DNA of 64,000 nt from an uncultured Prolixibacteraceae bacterium (GCA_963816685.1 CAWFMB010000035.1:2490-66489); one strand, 5' to 3'. Numbered from the stretch's first letter, positions 30,877 through 41,606 are shown. The notes: generated by a model not told the origin, from the letters alone. Numbers and translations: made by a program.

Positions 30877-31335
30877 TTACCAGCTGGTAAAAGGCTTTCC
30901 CGAAAGATTGGAATTGTAAAAACGTCTGTCATGCGATACTTCGTTACCAGCCCAGACAGGTATTTCAAATTCCTGACTTTCGCTTTCCAATTCAATTTCA
31001 GCAAGAAACAAACCTTTATTGCTTCCTTCAAAAATATCGATTTCCCAGATAAAACCACCAATCAGTTCTTTATACCTGGTTTTCTCCACGGGGCTGTTCA
31101 ATACAAGTTTCATTAAAACCTCAGCATCCTGTTTTGGAATTTCATATTCCATTTCTGTTCTTGAAATTCCTTCAACCTTACCTTTAATGGTTATATATGC
31201 TTCATTATCTGCAATACGTATACGTACAATCCGCTCCGGGTCGTCTGATAAATATCCCTGAATAATTTTGGTGCCCTTCCCCGCCGGATGCCACTTTTCC
31301 ATATCCACCAAAAATTTTCGTTCAATCTCTTGCAT
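30877..31335 (-). CDS. CYTH domain protein
   Basis: 152 aa. Starts MQEIERKFLV (the ExExK signature of the CYTH/triphosphate tunnel fold). Confidence 0.85.
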   Translation of the reverse strand: MQEIERKFLVDMEKWHPAGKGTKIIQGYLSDDPERIVRIRIADNEAYITIKGKVEGISRTEMEYEIPKQDAEVLMKLVLNSPVEKTRYKELIGGFIWEIDIFEGSNKGLFLAEIELESESQEFEIPVWAGNEVSHDRRFYNSNLSGKPFTSW

Positions 31336-31412
31336 AAAATTTTTAATTTAGAACTTTAAAACAAAAGTATTGAATTTATTTTCGAAGTTTGTACAAACCA
31401 AAATAAACTAAA

Positions 31413-31967
31413 ATGATTTCCAGAGAAGAAGCAGTTACCTTGCTTAACCAATATGTTAAATCCGAAAACATGCGTAAACACTGTTATGCCTCGGAAGTTG
31501 TGTTACGAGCTTTGGCAATACGTCTGGGGCGAAATGAAGATGAATGGGGAATTGCAGGTTTGCTGCACGATATTGATGTTGAAATAACAAATGCTGATCC
31601 ATACACACACGGACCATATTCTGAAAAAATACTGAAAGGAAAAATTACAGTTGAAATGCTCGATGCAATTGTTATGCACAATGAAGTTGCCTCAGGAAAA
31701 CTACGTTCCACCGAATTTCAGCACGCACTTGCAGCCGGCGAAACCATTACCGGCCTGATAACAGCTACAGCATTGGTTTATCCTGATAAAAAAATTGAAG
31801 GTGTTCAATCAAAATCGGTAACAAAACGAATGAAACAAAAAGCCTTTGCAGCATCTGTGAAGCGCGAAAACATCCTTGAATGCGAAAAAATAGGAATCCC
31901 GTTGAACGAATTCGCAGAACTGGCAGTAAATGCAATGAAAGAAATAGACGATATGCTGGGTTTGTAA
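31413..31967 (+). CDS. HD domain phosphohydrolase
   Basis: 184 aa with H...HD motif (RKHCYASE..., GLLHDID). Confidence 0.8.
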   Translation: MISREEAVTLLNQYVKSENMRKHCYASEVVLRALAIRLGRNEDEWGIAGLLHDIDVEITNADPYTHGPYSEKILKGKITVEMLDAIVMHNEVASGKLRSTEFQHALAAGETITGLITATALVYPDKKIEGVQSKSVTKRMKQKAFAASVKRENILECEKIGIPLNEFAELAVNAMKEIDDMLGL

Positions 31968-32244
31968 GCAACCTTGATTTTCAAGTTTCCTGCAAAATAA
32001 GTGCTCATTTGATGATTTAAATTTTGCATTAATGCAAAACATCTTTATAGTCAGCAAAGGTTTCATTTATAGCGAAGCCCTCACAATTTTAAAAATCCTG
32101 CAAAAACCAGCCCGCAATCTAAACAAACCTCGCATGATTCTGTTTATAAGCACATAACCTAAAACGAAAGAATAAATTAAGTACTGTTAAATGTCTAATT
32201 GAAAATAATTCAGCTGTTATAGTAATAATTTAATTATAATTCTT

Positions 32245-32252
32245 TAAATTTG
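32245..32252 (+). promoter_or_regulatory. Candidate Bacteroidota -7 box upstream of susC-like gene
   Basis: TAAATTTG matches TAnnTTTG. No good -33 TTTG is seen at the expected spacing. Confidence 0.3.
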
Positions 32253-32290
32253 ATTGAAATGACTGATTATCAACTAGATTTTAGTCATTA

Positions 32291-35200
32291 ATGTTATTAT
32301 TGTTTAACTGTCTAACTAATTCATTTATGGAAAAAATTGCAATGAAATTGCTTTTCTGCTCAAGTGGAAAGCGGCAAAAATTTCAGTATGTAACCATCTT
32401 CCTAATGGTACTCATGCTGACAATTACAGCCAATGTTCAGGCATACGAAAGTTCCGAAAATTCAAAAACAGTTTCACCCGAATTTGGCGATCAGCAAAGG
32501 ATTGTATCGGGTGTTGTTGTGGATGAAGGTGCTTCGCCATTGCCCGGAGTTTCAGTGGTTGTAAAAGGAACAACAATTGGAGTAGTAACCGGAATTGACG
32601 GGAATTATACACTTGCTGTTCCTGCGGATGCAGAGACCCTTGTATTCTCCTTTGTGGGAATGAAAACACAGGAAGTTCCCATTGGGAACAAAACAAACAT
32701 TGATGTTACTTTGGAAACAGAAACCATTGGATTGGATGAAGTTGTTGCAATTGGTTACGGTACCGAAAAGAAAGCAACAATCACTGGTTCTGTGACTGCA
32801 GTACAGGGTGAAGAATTGAAAAAATCACCTGCATTAAATGTTAGTAACAATTTGGTTGGTCGTTTACCTGGTTTGGTTGCAGTAAACCGCACCGGCGAAC
32901 CGGGTTATGACGGTTCAACATTGTTAATCCGTGGTTCAAATACATTGAACGACAGCAGCCCTTTAATTGTAGTCGATGGAATTACCGGCCGCAGTATGGA
33001 TCGTATCGATCCTGCAAATATTGAAAGTATTTCTGTATTGAAAGATGCTTCAGCAGCTATTTATGGTGCACAGGCAGCAAACGGCGTTATCCTTATCACC
33101 ACCAAACGCGGTAAAGTAGGAAAACCAACAATTGCAGTTAATCTGAATCAGGGATTTAATCAGCCAACTCGTATTCCGGAAATGGCGGACGCAGCAACTT
33201 ACGCTCAAATGATTAATGAAATCAATACCTATCGCGGCCGGGATATCCGTTACACTGAAGATGACCTTCAAAAATACCGTGACGGATCAGCACCATGGAC
33301 ACATCCAAATACTGATTGGTTTGCCGAAACTTTTAAAGAATGGTCGCCACAGCGTTATGGAAATGTTTCAATAAATGGCGGCACACAGGCTATGCGTTAT
33401 TTTGTATCAATGGGTGCAAATTTCCAGGATGGTATTTACGAGAATTCAGCAACCTATTACAACCAATATGACTTCCGCAGTAACCTGGATGGCCAGGTGA
33501 CCGATAATATCCATTTTGCTATTGATATTGCCGGCCGGCAGGAAGACAGGAATTTCCCAAACAGAAGCGCCGGTGAAATTTTCAGGATGCTGATGCGCGG
33601 AAAACCAAATCTTCCGGCATACTGGCCCGATGGTACACCAGGACCCGATATTGAATACGGCGACAATCCTGTGGTAATTGTAACTGATGAAACCGGATAT
33701 AACCGGGATAAACGTTATGTGTTCGATAGCAACATGAAACTTGAAATCCAGATTCCGTGGGTGGAAGGATTATCAATTACAGGTAATGCAGCCATCGACA
33801 AGCGCATAAGAAATATAAAGCAATTCCAAAAAGGTTGGTACCTCTATTCATGGGATTTCGAAACATACGGCGATGATGGGTTACCTGATCTTATCAAAGG
33901 GAAAAGAGGTTTTGACGATCCCCGCCTACGCCAGGAAATGGAAGATGAACAGAATATCACATTAAATGCCCTTTTAAATTATGAAACGAAAATTGGTGAT
34001 GCTCACGATATTAAAGTCCTGTTTGGAATGGAAAGCTTCCAGGGAGACTTTATGAATTTCTGGGCATTCCGTCGTTATTTTGTTTCAGAAATTGTTGACC
34101 AGCTATTTGCCGGTGGCGACCTTGAAAAAAACAATTCAGGCTCCGCAAGGCAATCTGCCAGGTTAAACTACTTTGGACGCGTAAACTACCGTCTAAAAAA
34201 CAAGTATTTAGCCGAATTTGTATGGCGTTATGACGGTTCTTACATTTTTCCGAAAGACAACCGTTTTGGTTTCTTCCCCGGATTATCACTTGGATGGAGA
34301 ATTTCCGAAGAAAATTTCTGGAAAGAAAATCTTTCCTTCATAGAAAACTTCAAACTTCGGGCTTCCATTGGACAAACCGGTAACGACCGGATTGATCCCT
34401 ACCAGTTTCTGTCATCTTATGCATTTAATTCAAACAACTACACCTATATTTTCAATGAAACAGTTGAAAGTAAAGTGTTAAGCGAAAGCAGAATTCCAAA
34501 TACTGAAGTTACGTGGGAAGTTGCAACCCAGAAAAACATAGGTTTCGATGGTCAGACTCTGAATGGCAAACTTTATTTTGAAGCCGATTTTTTTCATAAT
34601 TTACGGGAAGACATTTTATGGTGGAGAAACGCTTCAGTCCCGTCATCAACAGGTTTATCACTGCCCCGCGAAAACATCGGCGAAGTTGTAAACCGCGGGT
34701 TTGAATTCCTGGTTACTTACCGGAATAATGTGCGTGACTTTAATTATTCTGTATCACTTAACGGCGGGTATCAAAAAAATGAAATCAAATTCTGGGATGA
34801 AACTCCTGGTGTTCCTGTTTACCAACAGTCTACAGGTCATCCGATGAATACTGATCTGTATTATAAAGCAATTGGTATTTTCGAAGATCAGGCAGCAGTT
34901 GATGCTTATCCGCACTGGGAAGGAGCAAGGCCGGGCGATGTCATTTTTGAAGATGTAAATGATGATAAGGTAATTGACGGCCTTGACAGAGTTCGGGAAT
35001 ATAAAAATAATATACCACGGTTCCAGGGAGGATTAAATATTAACCTGGGCTGGAAACAAATCGATTTCACCGTTTTATTTCAGGGAGCTGCAGGCGCCGT
35101 TCAATATGTTGACACTGAATCAGGCGAAATAGGTAACTTCCTGAACTTTTATGCAAAAGATCGCTGGACACCGGATAATCAAACCGGTTCTACACCTCGT

Positions 35201-35479
35201 ACATGGAACAGGGACGAAGAATACTGGGCCAACCAGGCAAATACCTTCTTCCTGCGAAGCACAGATTACATCCGGTTAAAAAACCTTGAATTGGGCTACA
35301 GTATTCCTACTTCGTTGAGCAGCAGGTTGGGAATAGAAGGATTCAGGATCTATGTGAATGGTATGAACCTCGCAGTTATTGACAAGTTTAAGGTTTACGA
35401 CCCGGAAACAGAATCAAATTCCGGGCAGTACTACCCGCAAAACAGAACGATTAATGCTGGTGTAACGTTAACCTTTTAA
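32291..35479 (+). CDS. SusC/RagA family TonB-linked outer membrane protein
   Basis: 1062 aa. Carboxypeptidase-regulatory-like domain (VSGVVVDEGASPLPGVSVVVKGTTIG), plug (IESISVLKDASAAIYGAQAANGVILITTKRG) and a barrel ending ..INAGVTLTF. The true start is probably the ATG at 32327 or 32342. Confidence 0.9.
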   Translation: MLLLFNCLTNSFMEKIAMKLLFCSSGKRQKFQYVTIFLMVLMLTITANVQAYESSENSKTVSPEFGDQQRIVSGVVVDEGASPLPGVSVVVKGTTIGVVTGIDGNYTLAVPADAETLVFSFVGMKTQEVPIGNKTNIDVTLETETIGLDEVVAIGYGTEKKATITGSVTAVQGEELKKSPALNVSNNLVGRLPGLVAVNRTGEPGYDGSTLLIRGSNTLNDSSPLIVVDGITGRSMDRIDPANIESISVLKDASAAIYGAQAANGVILITTKRGKVGKPTIAVNLNQGFNQPTRIPEMADAATYAQMINEINTYRGRDIRYTEDDLQKYRDGSAPWTHPNTDWFAETFKEWSPQRYGNVSINGGTQAMRYFVSMGANFQDGIYENSATYYNQYDFRSNLDGQVTDNIHFAIDIAGRQEDRNFPNRSAGEIFRMLMRGKPNLPAYWPDGTPGPDIEYGDNPVVIVTDETGYNRDKRYVFDSNMKLEIQIPWVEGLSITGNAAIDKRIRNIKQFQKGWYLYSWDFETYGDDGLPDLIKGKRGFDDPRLRQEMEDEQNITLNALLNYETKIGDAHDIKVLFGMESFQGDFMNFWAFRRYFVSEIVDQLFAGGDLEKNNSGSARQSARLNYFGRVNYRLKNKYLAEFVWRYDGSYIFPKDNRFGFFPGLSLGWRISEENFWKENLSFIENFKLRASIGQTGNDRIDPYQFLSSYAFNSNNYTYIFNETVESKVLSESRIPNTEVTWEVATQKNIGFDGQTLNGKLYFEADFFHNLREDILWWRNASVPSSTGLSLPRENIGEVVNRGFEFLVTYRNNVRDFNYSVSLNGGYQKNEIKFWDETPGVPVYQQSTGHPMNTDLYYKAIGIFEDQAAVDAYPHWEGARPGDVIFEDVNDDKVIDGLDRVREYKNNIPRFQGGLNINLGWKQIDFTVLFQGAAGAVQYVDTESGEIGNFLNFYAKDRWTPDNQTGSTPRTWNRDEEYWANQANTFFLRSTDYIRLKNLELGYSIPTSLSSRLGIEGFRIYVNGMNLAVIDKFKVYDPETESNSGQYYPQNRTINAGVTLTF

Positions 35480-35490
35480 AAATTAATAGT

Positions 35491-37299
35491 ATGAAAAAGA
35501 TAAAATATTTATTAGGTTTACTCATATTGACAGGATTAGCAATTTCCTGTTCCGAAGATTTTCTCGATAAAAAACCTCTGGATCAGTTTTCTGAAGTAGA
35601 TGTCTGGAATGATCCGTCTCTTATTGAAACTTTCGTAAACAATTATTACAGGGAACTCGGCCACTCTTTTGACATTGATATGTTATCAAGTTATGTGGAT
35701 GAAACTCATTTCACACCCGACTGGGGAGTAAGCAATTTCGTAAAAAGCCTGTTAACACCTGACCAGATTCCGGGTTGGGAAGTCGATTGGTTTGGTCAGG
35801 GAACTATCCAAAAACTTTGGGGGCCTCTTTATAAAGATATTCGGGCTACAAATATTTTCCTGAATAAAATTGATGAAGCTCAATTCGATGACCAGGAATG
35901 GAAAGACCGTTTAACGGGTGAAACATATTTCTGGCGGGCATTTTACTATCATTATCTTACTGCTTTATATGGTGGTGTTCCTATAATAAAGGATCCATAT
36001 GGATTATCTGATGAATTTACGGTGGCACGTAATTCCTATGAAGATTGCATCAATTTTATTGTTGAAGATTTGGATAAGGCAGCCAGTTTATTGCCCGAAT
36101 CGTACAGCGGAGATGATCTCGGAAGGGCTACAAAAGGAGCCGCTTTAACTTTAAAAGCCCGTGTTCTTCTTTATGCAGCAAGCGATTTGCACAATTCCTA
36201 TAGTGCTTCCGGTTATTCAAATCCTGAATTAATTGGTTATGTTGGTGGCGATCGTGCTGCGCGCTGGCGTGCTGCTAAAGATGCAGCCAAAGCAGTAATC
36301 GATATGGGTATGTACAATTTATACGCACCTGATCCGGCCTCACAGGAAGAGGCAACTCAAAACTATATCGACTATTTCACGTCGAAAGGTGCAGATGAAG
36401 ATATTTTCGTTCGGTATTATCTTCAAAAAACCGATGAAGGCTGGGACAATTATCATCCCGGATTACATAACGGCCCGAATGGCTACCATAACTGGGGAAA
36501 TAATACGCCGCTGGTGAATCTTGTCGAAGATTTTGAAATGGCCGATGGTTCTCCTTTTAGCTGGGATAATCCGGAGCAGAGCAGTGATCCTTACGGATTA
36601 TTTGGCGGTCAAAAACGTGATCCCCGTTTTTATGCAAACATCCTTTACGAAGGTGCGCAGTGGAGAGCCCGTCCTACAGATGCTGCCACCATTGACCCGT
36701 TAGGAATAATCCAGGTCGGAACCTGGCAGTTAAGCGCTGATCCGGAAAATCTCAGGCATGGTCTGGACACACGTTTGGGACCGATTGAAGACTGGAACGG
36801 TGGTTATACCGGTTATTACATGCGTAAATTTATTGTCAGGGATATTGATGCTCAATTTACCCGGCAGGAAGTTCCCTGGCGATACATGCGGCTTGGTGAA
36901 GTATATCTTAATTATGCAGAAGCCTGTATTGAACTTGGCGAGGAAGGGGAAGCACTGAAATACATAAACATGATCCGAAAACGTGCTGCAATGCCTGATA
37001 TAAATGCTTCCGGACAGGCATTAAAAGATGCTTACCGGCACGAACGTCGCATCGAGTTAATGTTTGAAGAACATCGCTTTTTTGACGTCAGACGCTGGTT
37101 AATCGGTGAAACTGGTTATGAAGATGCAGTAAAAGTAGTTGTTTTTTATCCATGGGAAAATGGTCAAACTGCAACGCAGCCAGATTATTCCACTGAAGTT
37201 TTTGAAGATCGCGACTGGAAAGAAAAAGCCTACTTCTTCCCGATCTACAGAGATGAAATGAATAAAAACGAACTCTTAATCCAAAATCCCGGATACTAA
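35491..37299 (+). CDS. SusD/RagB family nutrient-binding lipoprotein
   Basis: 602 aa. Lipobox LAISCSEDFLDKKP, and the C-terminal ..RRIELMFEEHRFFDVRRW.. typical of SusD. Lies 11 nt after susC. Confidence 0.9.
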   Translation: MKKIKYLLGLLILTGLAISCSEDFLDKKPLDQFSEVDVWNDPSLIETFVNNYYRELGHSFDIDMLSSYVDETHFTPDWGVSNFVKSLLTPDQIPGWEVDWFGQGTIQKLWGPLYKDIRATNIFLNKIDEAQFDDQEWKDRLTGETYFWRAFYYHYLTALYGGVPIIKDPYGLSDEFTVARNSYEDCINFIVEDLDKAASLLPESYSGDDLGRATKGAALTLKARVLLYAASDLHNSYSASGYSNPELIGYVGGDRAARWRAAKDAAKAVIDMGMYNLYAPDPASQEEATQNYIDYFTSKGADEDIFVRYYLQKTDEGWDNYHPGLHNGPNGYHNWGNNTPLVNLVEDFEMADGSPFSWDNPEQSSDPYGLFGGQKRDPRFYANILYEGAQWRARPTDAATIDPLGIIQVGTWQLSADPENLRHGLDTRLGPIEDWNGGYTGYYMRKFIVRDIDAQFTRQEVPWRYMRLGEVYLNYAEACIELGEEGEALKYINMIRKRAAMPDINASGQALKDAYRHERRIELMFEEHRFFDVRRWLIGETGYEDAVKVVVFYPWENGQTATQPDYSTEVFEDRDWKEKAYFFPIYRDEMNKNELLIQNPGY

Positions 37300-37321
37300 A
37301 AAGGATAATTCTGAAGTATAT

Positions 37322-37353
37322 AAAAGCTGTCCGGAACTTACCGGACAGCTTTT
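37322..37353 (+). terminator. Rho-independent terminator after susD
   Basis: AAAAGCTGTCCGG-AACTTA-CCGGACAGCTTTT followed by ATATTTT. Confidence 0.75.
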
Positions 37354-37360
37354 ATATTTT

Positions 37361-37382
37361 ATGCTGCGCAATTACGCAGCAT
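37361..37382 (+). terminator. Second hairpin (tandem terminator candidate)
   Basis: ATGCTGCG-CAATTA-CGCAGCAT followed by TTATTTTTTATTT. Confidence 0.45.
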
Positions 37383-37699
37383 TTATTTTTTATTTAAATA
37401 TACAACAGCTCGCTGACTGACTTCAAAATAAATTGATTAATCCTTCCGAATCGCTCCGGTTACACCTGCCTGTTAAAAAGAAAAAATCAGAAAGTAAAAG
37501 CCCCTTTTAAAATTACAACCGGCTTTATTGCAGTGAGAAAAGCACATGCAGGGACTTCAGAAAGGAAAAAGATGCGGTTACTTTAATTCCCTTCAAAAAT
37601 GAAAAATTTGTTCATATCCATTCCTTTCATTCAGGAAAAGGAAGTTCATGTATCCGGATTTTTAAAAATGCTCATCTTCATATCAAGGATAGATTAATG

Positions 37700-37785
37700 C
37701 AAAATCAAACTCGGATTAAACTCGGATTAAAGTCGCATTAAATTCAATTAAAATCGAATTTAAATCAAATTTAATACGTCTTTGG
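37700..37785. repeat. 11-bp periodic degenerate direct repeat tract (about 7 units)
   Basis: AAACTCGGATT (37707-37717), AAACTCGGATT, AAAGTCGCATT, AAATTCAATT.., AAAATCGAATT.., AAATCAAATTT, AATACGTCTTT. Confidence 0.8.
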
Positions 37786-38420
37786 TACAGAGATAGACCA
37801 TTTACAAACAGGAATAAATTTAATTCCAACACGACATTCTGCTATCCAGAGCTGAAATTATTCATCAACACATTAAAGACGTCTTTACTCCGGAAATGAT
37901 ATTATGTCATTATGGGTAGTTTAAATTTCACCTCCCTATCCTGACTTCTGACTCCATGTCACAATTAAAAAATGCAACTATCGGGAATAACACCGGGAGT
38001 GTATTTATGAACCGGAATCCGGTCAGAAACGGAATGTAGTTAAAGAAAAGGCTATCACACTCCTGAGGATTGAATTTAAATTTTGCATTGCGCTTGTGGT
38101 TTAATAAGTTCACAAGGAACCCTAAGATTAATTTATGGGTTCAAGTGCCGGAGAATCACCCGAACTTGCATTAATCCTGTTAAGATTGTTACTCCAAAGA
38201 CAGAAACAGGGTATCTACAAGGTAATACCGGTAGCCAATTCATAAATTTACGTGGCTAAAATATTTGAATTTTAATCTTTAGTGATATGGCAACGAAAAC
38301 AGGAAACAACACCTGTTGATGAAATTACTGTTTTAATGTTTTCACATTCAATTTCAATTCCTTTCGGCAGGTAATAATTTTGCTCAATTCAGCCTTCGAT
38401 TGATATAAAATGCAGTTTTT

Positions 38421-40514
38421 CTATTCTTCAATAATCAAAACTCCCCAAGGTTCAATATCCAGGCTATTATTTTTTGAAACTTTTTTGCCGGAAAGAAGTT
38501 CAACACTGCTTCCAAAAGGATATTCAAAATTCAAGGCATCTGAAGAATAATTGTAATAATAACGGATAGTATTTCCATTTTCATTTACACCTGATTTGAC
38601 AATCAACGGCCAGTGATAATCCTGATCGGGAGTTTTTACTTTGGCTCTTTCAACAGCCTGTTTAATAATTTTTTCCTGAATTGCATCGGAAACCATACAT
38701 CCTTCATACAATAAAGTCCCTTTTCCGAAATTATTGATTGTAACTGCAGGATATTCCTTAAAATAAGGATGTTCGTAAAAAGCCAATGGTTTTGCGGTTT
38801 CAGGAATGATATATTCCGCCCAGGTATTCACTTTATTTTTCTCCTCTCCCACCTGAAAAGGATCATCTTTTAAAGGCAGCTCATCAAAGCTGGTAAATTC
38901 CTGGTAATGGAATCCACACGATTCCCGCAACGGACCGGGTGCCAATACCGGTCGAACCATTGAACTTTCGTCGCAAAAACCGCTTTTAAACTGCATGATT
39001 ACATGGCCTCCATTCTTCACATATTGATTTATTTTTTGGAGTAATTCATTGGAGGCAATGTAAAGGGATGGTATAACAACAAGATGATAATTATCAAATT
39101 CCGGATTGTCAGGAAATATAAAATCGACGCCGATATTGTTCCTGTACAGAATTTTATGAAACTGAGCCACCAGTTGGTTTCGGTAAAAGTCGTTTTCCGA
39201 ACTTCCCCAGGCGCTGCCACTCTTATCAAAAGGCATAAAATTTAACGCATCATTTGAATCATGACTAAATAAAATAGCCACTTTATTATCCTTTTTAAGG
39301 TTCACCAGCTTTTTTCCGATACGTTGTAGTTCATGTGCTGTTTTCGAAACTTCGGCATAGGCACGATTGGGTTGCAAATCATGAGAAAGTACTCCTTTCC
39401 AGTACATTTCCTGTCCGTAATGAATGGAATGCCAGTGCCAGTATTCCACCATATTGGCGCCTGAACCTAAATGGGCATACACATTCTGACGCATCTGACC
39501 CGGATATGGTGGCTGCTGAATACGGGAATTCCAGCCGATGGTTTGCGCATTTGTTTCAGTTATCAGGTAATTCTGGTGTTTCACCGAACGAAAATAGTCG
39601 CCTGCAAACGCAATTTCGTCGCCTGTTAAATCATCCTGCTGGCCATGATAAACATTCACTGCCATTACATCCATCAACCTGGCACTTTCCTTTTGGTCGA
39701 TATCCTGAACGGAGGGCATAAAACAGTGAGTAACAAACTGGTCATCGCGTTTATATTCCCGAACAATTTCCGACTGCCATTTAAGGAAATCAGCCACAGC
39801 TTTCCTGTTAAACCGTTCCCATTCAAGTTTGTATCCGGTGTTTGTAATTCCATCTCGTGGTGCCAGTTCTTCCCATCCGTTAATGGTCATTCCCCAGTAA
39901 TTCAGTCCCCAGACTTTGTTCAGGTTTTCAGGTGATTCGAATTTCTGTTTAAGGTAATTGACAAAACTCACCTGAAAATCGGTATTGTAAACTCCCCTTG
40001 AAGTTGTTTCATTGTCTACCTGAAATCCAATAATTCCGGGATGTCGTGCATAATGCTCCATCATTTTTCGAATGATTCGTTCAGAATAAAAAAGAAAAGC
40101 AGGATTGGTTATATCCATATTCTGCCGGATACCATAATAAGCTTTTTCGCCTTTCTGGTAAGTAAGAAGTACCTCGGGATGTTTGTGCCAAAGCCAGGCA
40201 GGAATAGAATATGTGGGTGTACCCAGGATAATTTTTATTCCAGCCTCGTGCATTTTATCAATAATCCGATCCATCCATGCAAATTCGAATTCACCTTCCC
40301 GCGGTTCAAACAAACTCCAGGTTGACTCTCCCACACGTACAACTGAAATTCCTGCATCTTTCATCAGCCGGATGTCCTCATCGAGCCTTTCCGATGGCAT
40401 ATATTCATGATAGTAGGCAACACCGTACAATATGTTTTCAAACTTTTCGGGTTGACCAAAGCAAACCGAAGAATAAAGGGAAACCAACAGGATGGATAAC
40501 AATTTCATTCTCAT
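38421..40514 (-). CDS. GH42 family beta-galactosidase (secreted)
   Basis: GVAYYHEYMPSERLDEDIRLMKDAGISVVRVGESTWSLFEPREGEFEFAWMDRIIDKMHEAGIKIILGTPT matches the GH42 N-terminal TIM barrel. I use the ATG at 40514 (MRMKLLSILLVSLYSSVCFGQ, a signal peptide) rather than the track start 40607, which overlaps the upstream gene. Confidence 0.85.
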   Translation of the reverse strand: MRMKLLSILLVSLYSSVCFGQPEKFENILYGVAYYHEYMPSERLDEDIRLMKDAGISVVRVGESTWSLFEPREGEFEFAWMDRIIDKMHEAGIKIILGTPTYSIPAWLWHKHPEVLLTYQKGEKAYYGIRQNMDITNPAFLFYSERIIRKMMEHYARHPGIIGFQVDNETTSRGVYNTDFQVSFVNYLKQKFESPENLNKVWGLNYWGMTINGWEELAPRDGITNTGYKLEWERFNRKAVADFLKWQSEIVREYKRDDQFVTHCFMPSVQDIDQKESARLMDVMAVNVYHGQQDDLTGDEIAFAGDYFRSVKHQNYLITETNAQTIGWNSRIQQPPYPGQMRQNVYAHLGSGANMVEYWHWHSIHYGQEMYWKGVLSHDLQPNRAYAEVSKTAHELQRIGKKLVNLKKDNKVAILFSHDSNDALNFMPFDKSGSAWGSSENDFYRNQLVAQFHKILYRNNIGVDFIFPDNPEFDNYHLVVIPSLYIASNELLQKINQYVKNGGHVIMQFKSGFCDESSMVRPVLAPGPLRESCGFHYQEFTSFDELPLKDDPFQVGEEKNKVNTWAEYIIPETAKPLAFYEHPYFKEYPAVTINNFGKGTLLYEGCMVSDAIQEKIIKQAVERAKVKTPDQDYHWPLIVKSGVNENGNTIRYYYNYSSDALNFEYPFGSSVELLSGKKVSKNNSLDIEPWGVLIIEE

Positions 40515-40575
40515 AATTTTGGTATTAGGAAATACAGAAATGGCCTTAGACTTCAGGTTTTCCTGTATAAAAAAT

Positions 40576-41262
40576 TTACTCATTCGATTCGCCGCGTTTT
40601 GTTTCAATCAGAACAACACCATTTGCCCCCTGCGAACCATAAGCAGCAGCAGATGCATCCTTCAGAATTGAAACTGATTCTATATTATAAGGTGCAATTC
40701 CCGCTATTGATGTACCTTTGGCAATTCCATCAATTACAATAAGCGCTGCATTACTTGCGCCAAATGTTTCTGTACCTCTTATGATTACTTCATTGTTTCG
40801 GACCGTCAATCCGGGAAAGCGACCAATTAATGCATCGGATAAAGTGGAATAACGGGAATAATTAAAATCATCATCCGATTGTGTTGACACAGCAAATAAT
40901 TTGTCATTATTCGGCAAATGACCATAGCCGATTGCAAGTTCCCTGTTATAGTCTCCGGGTTTTAATTTCAGATTAATAAACAGAAACCGGTTTTTTTCTT
41001 CAACCTTAACCTTCTGCTTTGAAAACCCTTTTGCATTGACGGTTAGTTTATCTTCATTTTTACAAAAAACCTGGAAAAACCCAAGCGAATCTGTTTGAAC
41101 AACATTTTTAGTACTATTTACTTTAACATCTGCATTTATAACGGGAATACTGTCGAAAGTAGTAACTTTTCCCTGTACCAGATGATCTTGTGCAATTGTC
41201 CTTTCCGGTAAATAACTGAAAAGAAAAAGCAACAACATTTGGATAAACATTATTTTATTCAT
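40576..41262 (-). CDS. Stand-alone CarboxypepD_reg-like + TonB-receptor plug domain protein (no barrel)
   Basis: 228 aa. Signal peptide, VQGKVTTFDSIPVINADVKV..DSLGFF (regulatory-like domain) and IESVSILKDASAAAYGSQGANGVVLIETKRG (plug), then a stop. Confidence 0.75.
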   Translation of the reverse strand: MNKIMFIQMLLLFLFSYLPERTIAQDHLVQGKVTTFDSIPVINADVKVNSTKNVVQTDSLGFFQVFCKNEDKLTVNAKGFSKQKVKVEEKNRFLFINLKLKPGDYNRELAIGYGHLPNNDKLFAVSTQSDDDFNYSRYSTLSDALIGRFPGLTVRNNEVIIRGTETFGASNAALIVIDGIAKGTSIAGIAPYNIESVSILKDASAAAYGSQGANGVVLIETKRGESNE

Positions 41263-41556
41263 GTCAGTAGCAATTTAATTTTAAATGAATTACGCTATTG
41301 GAATATCCTGGTTTTTCACTTTCTTCATTCACAAATTTACAATGTTTCTTGTGAAAGCCAGATTTTTACAGTGAAAATTATATCCATTCTGCCGGAAATA
41401 CCTGTTATTTATCTTAAAGTTATTTCCAAATCAATAAATGTCATGTCAGAGATTTCTGCTGCTGATTTTTGCAGTGTAAAACTTGCACTTCATAAACAAT
41501 TTTTAATCTAAATTTTAATTTTTATGCTAAAAACCTGATTTTACTTTCAAATCGTT

Positions 41557-41585
41557 TTTGTTTTTGAATAGTTTTTTTACATTTG
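41557..41585 (+). promoter_or_regulatory. Candidate promoter of the ilv leader/operon
   Basis: TTTG (41557-41560) - N17 - TACATTTG (41578-41585). The -7 box fits TAnnTTTG; the spacer is shorter than the usual 19-21. Confidence 0.35.
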
Positions 41586-41606
41586 CCTCAACAAACGAAT
41601 TAAAAA

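Noticed and set aside
40515-40607. Longer N-terminus for the GH42 gene (track start 40607)
   Set aside because: The extension overlaps the upstream plug-domain gene. The internal ATG at 40514 is followed by a typical signal peptide.
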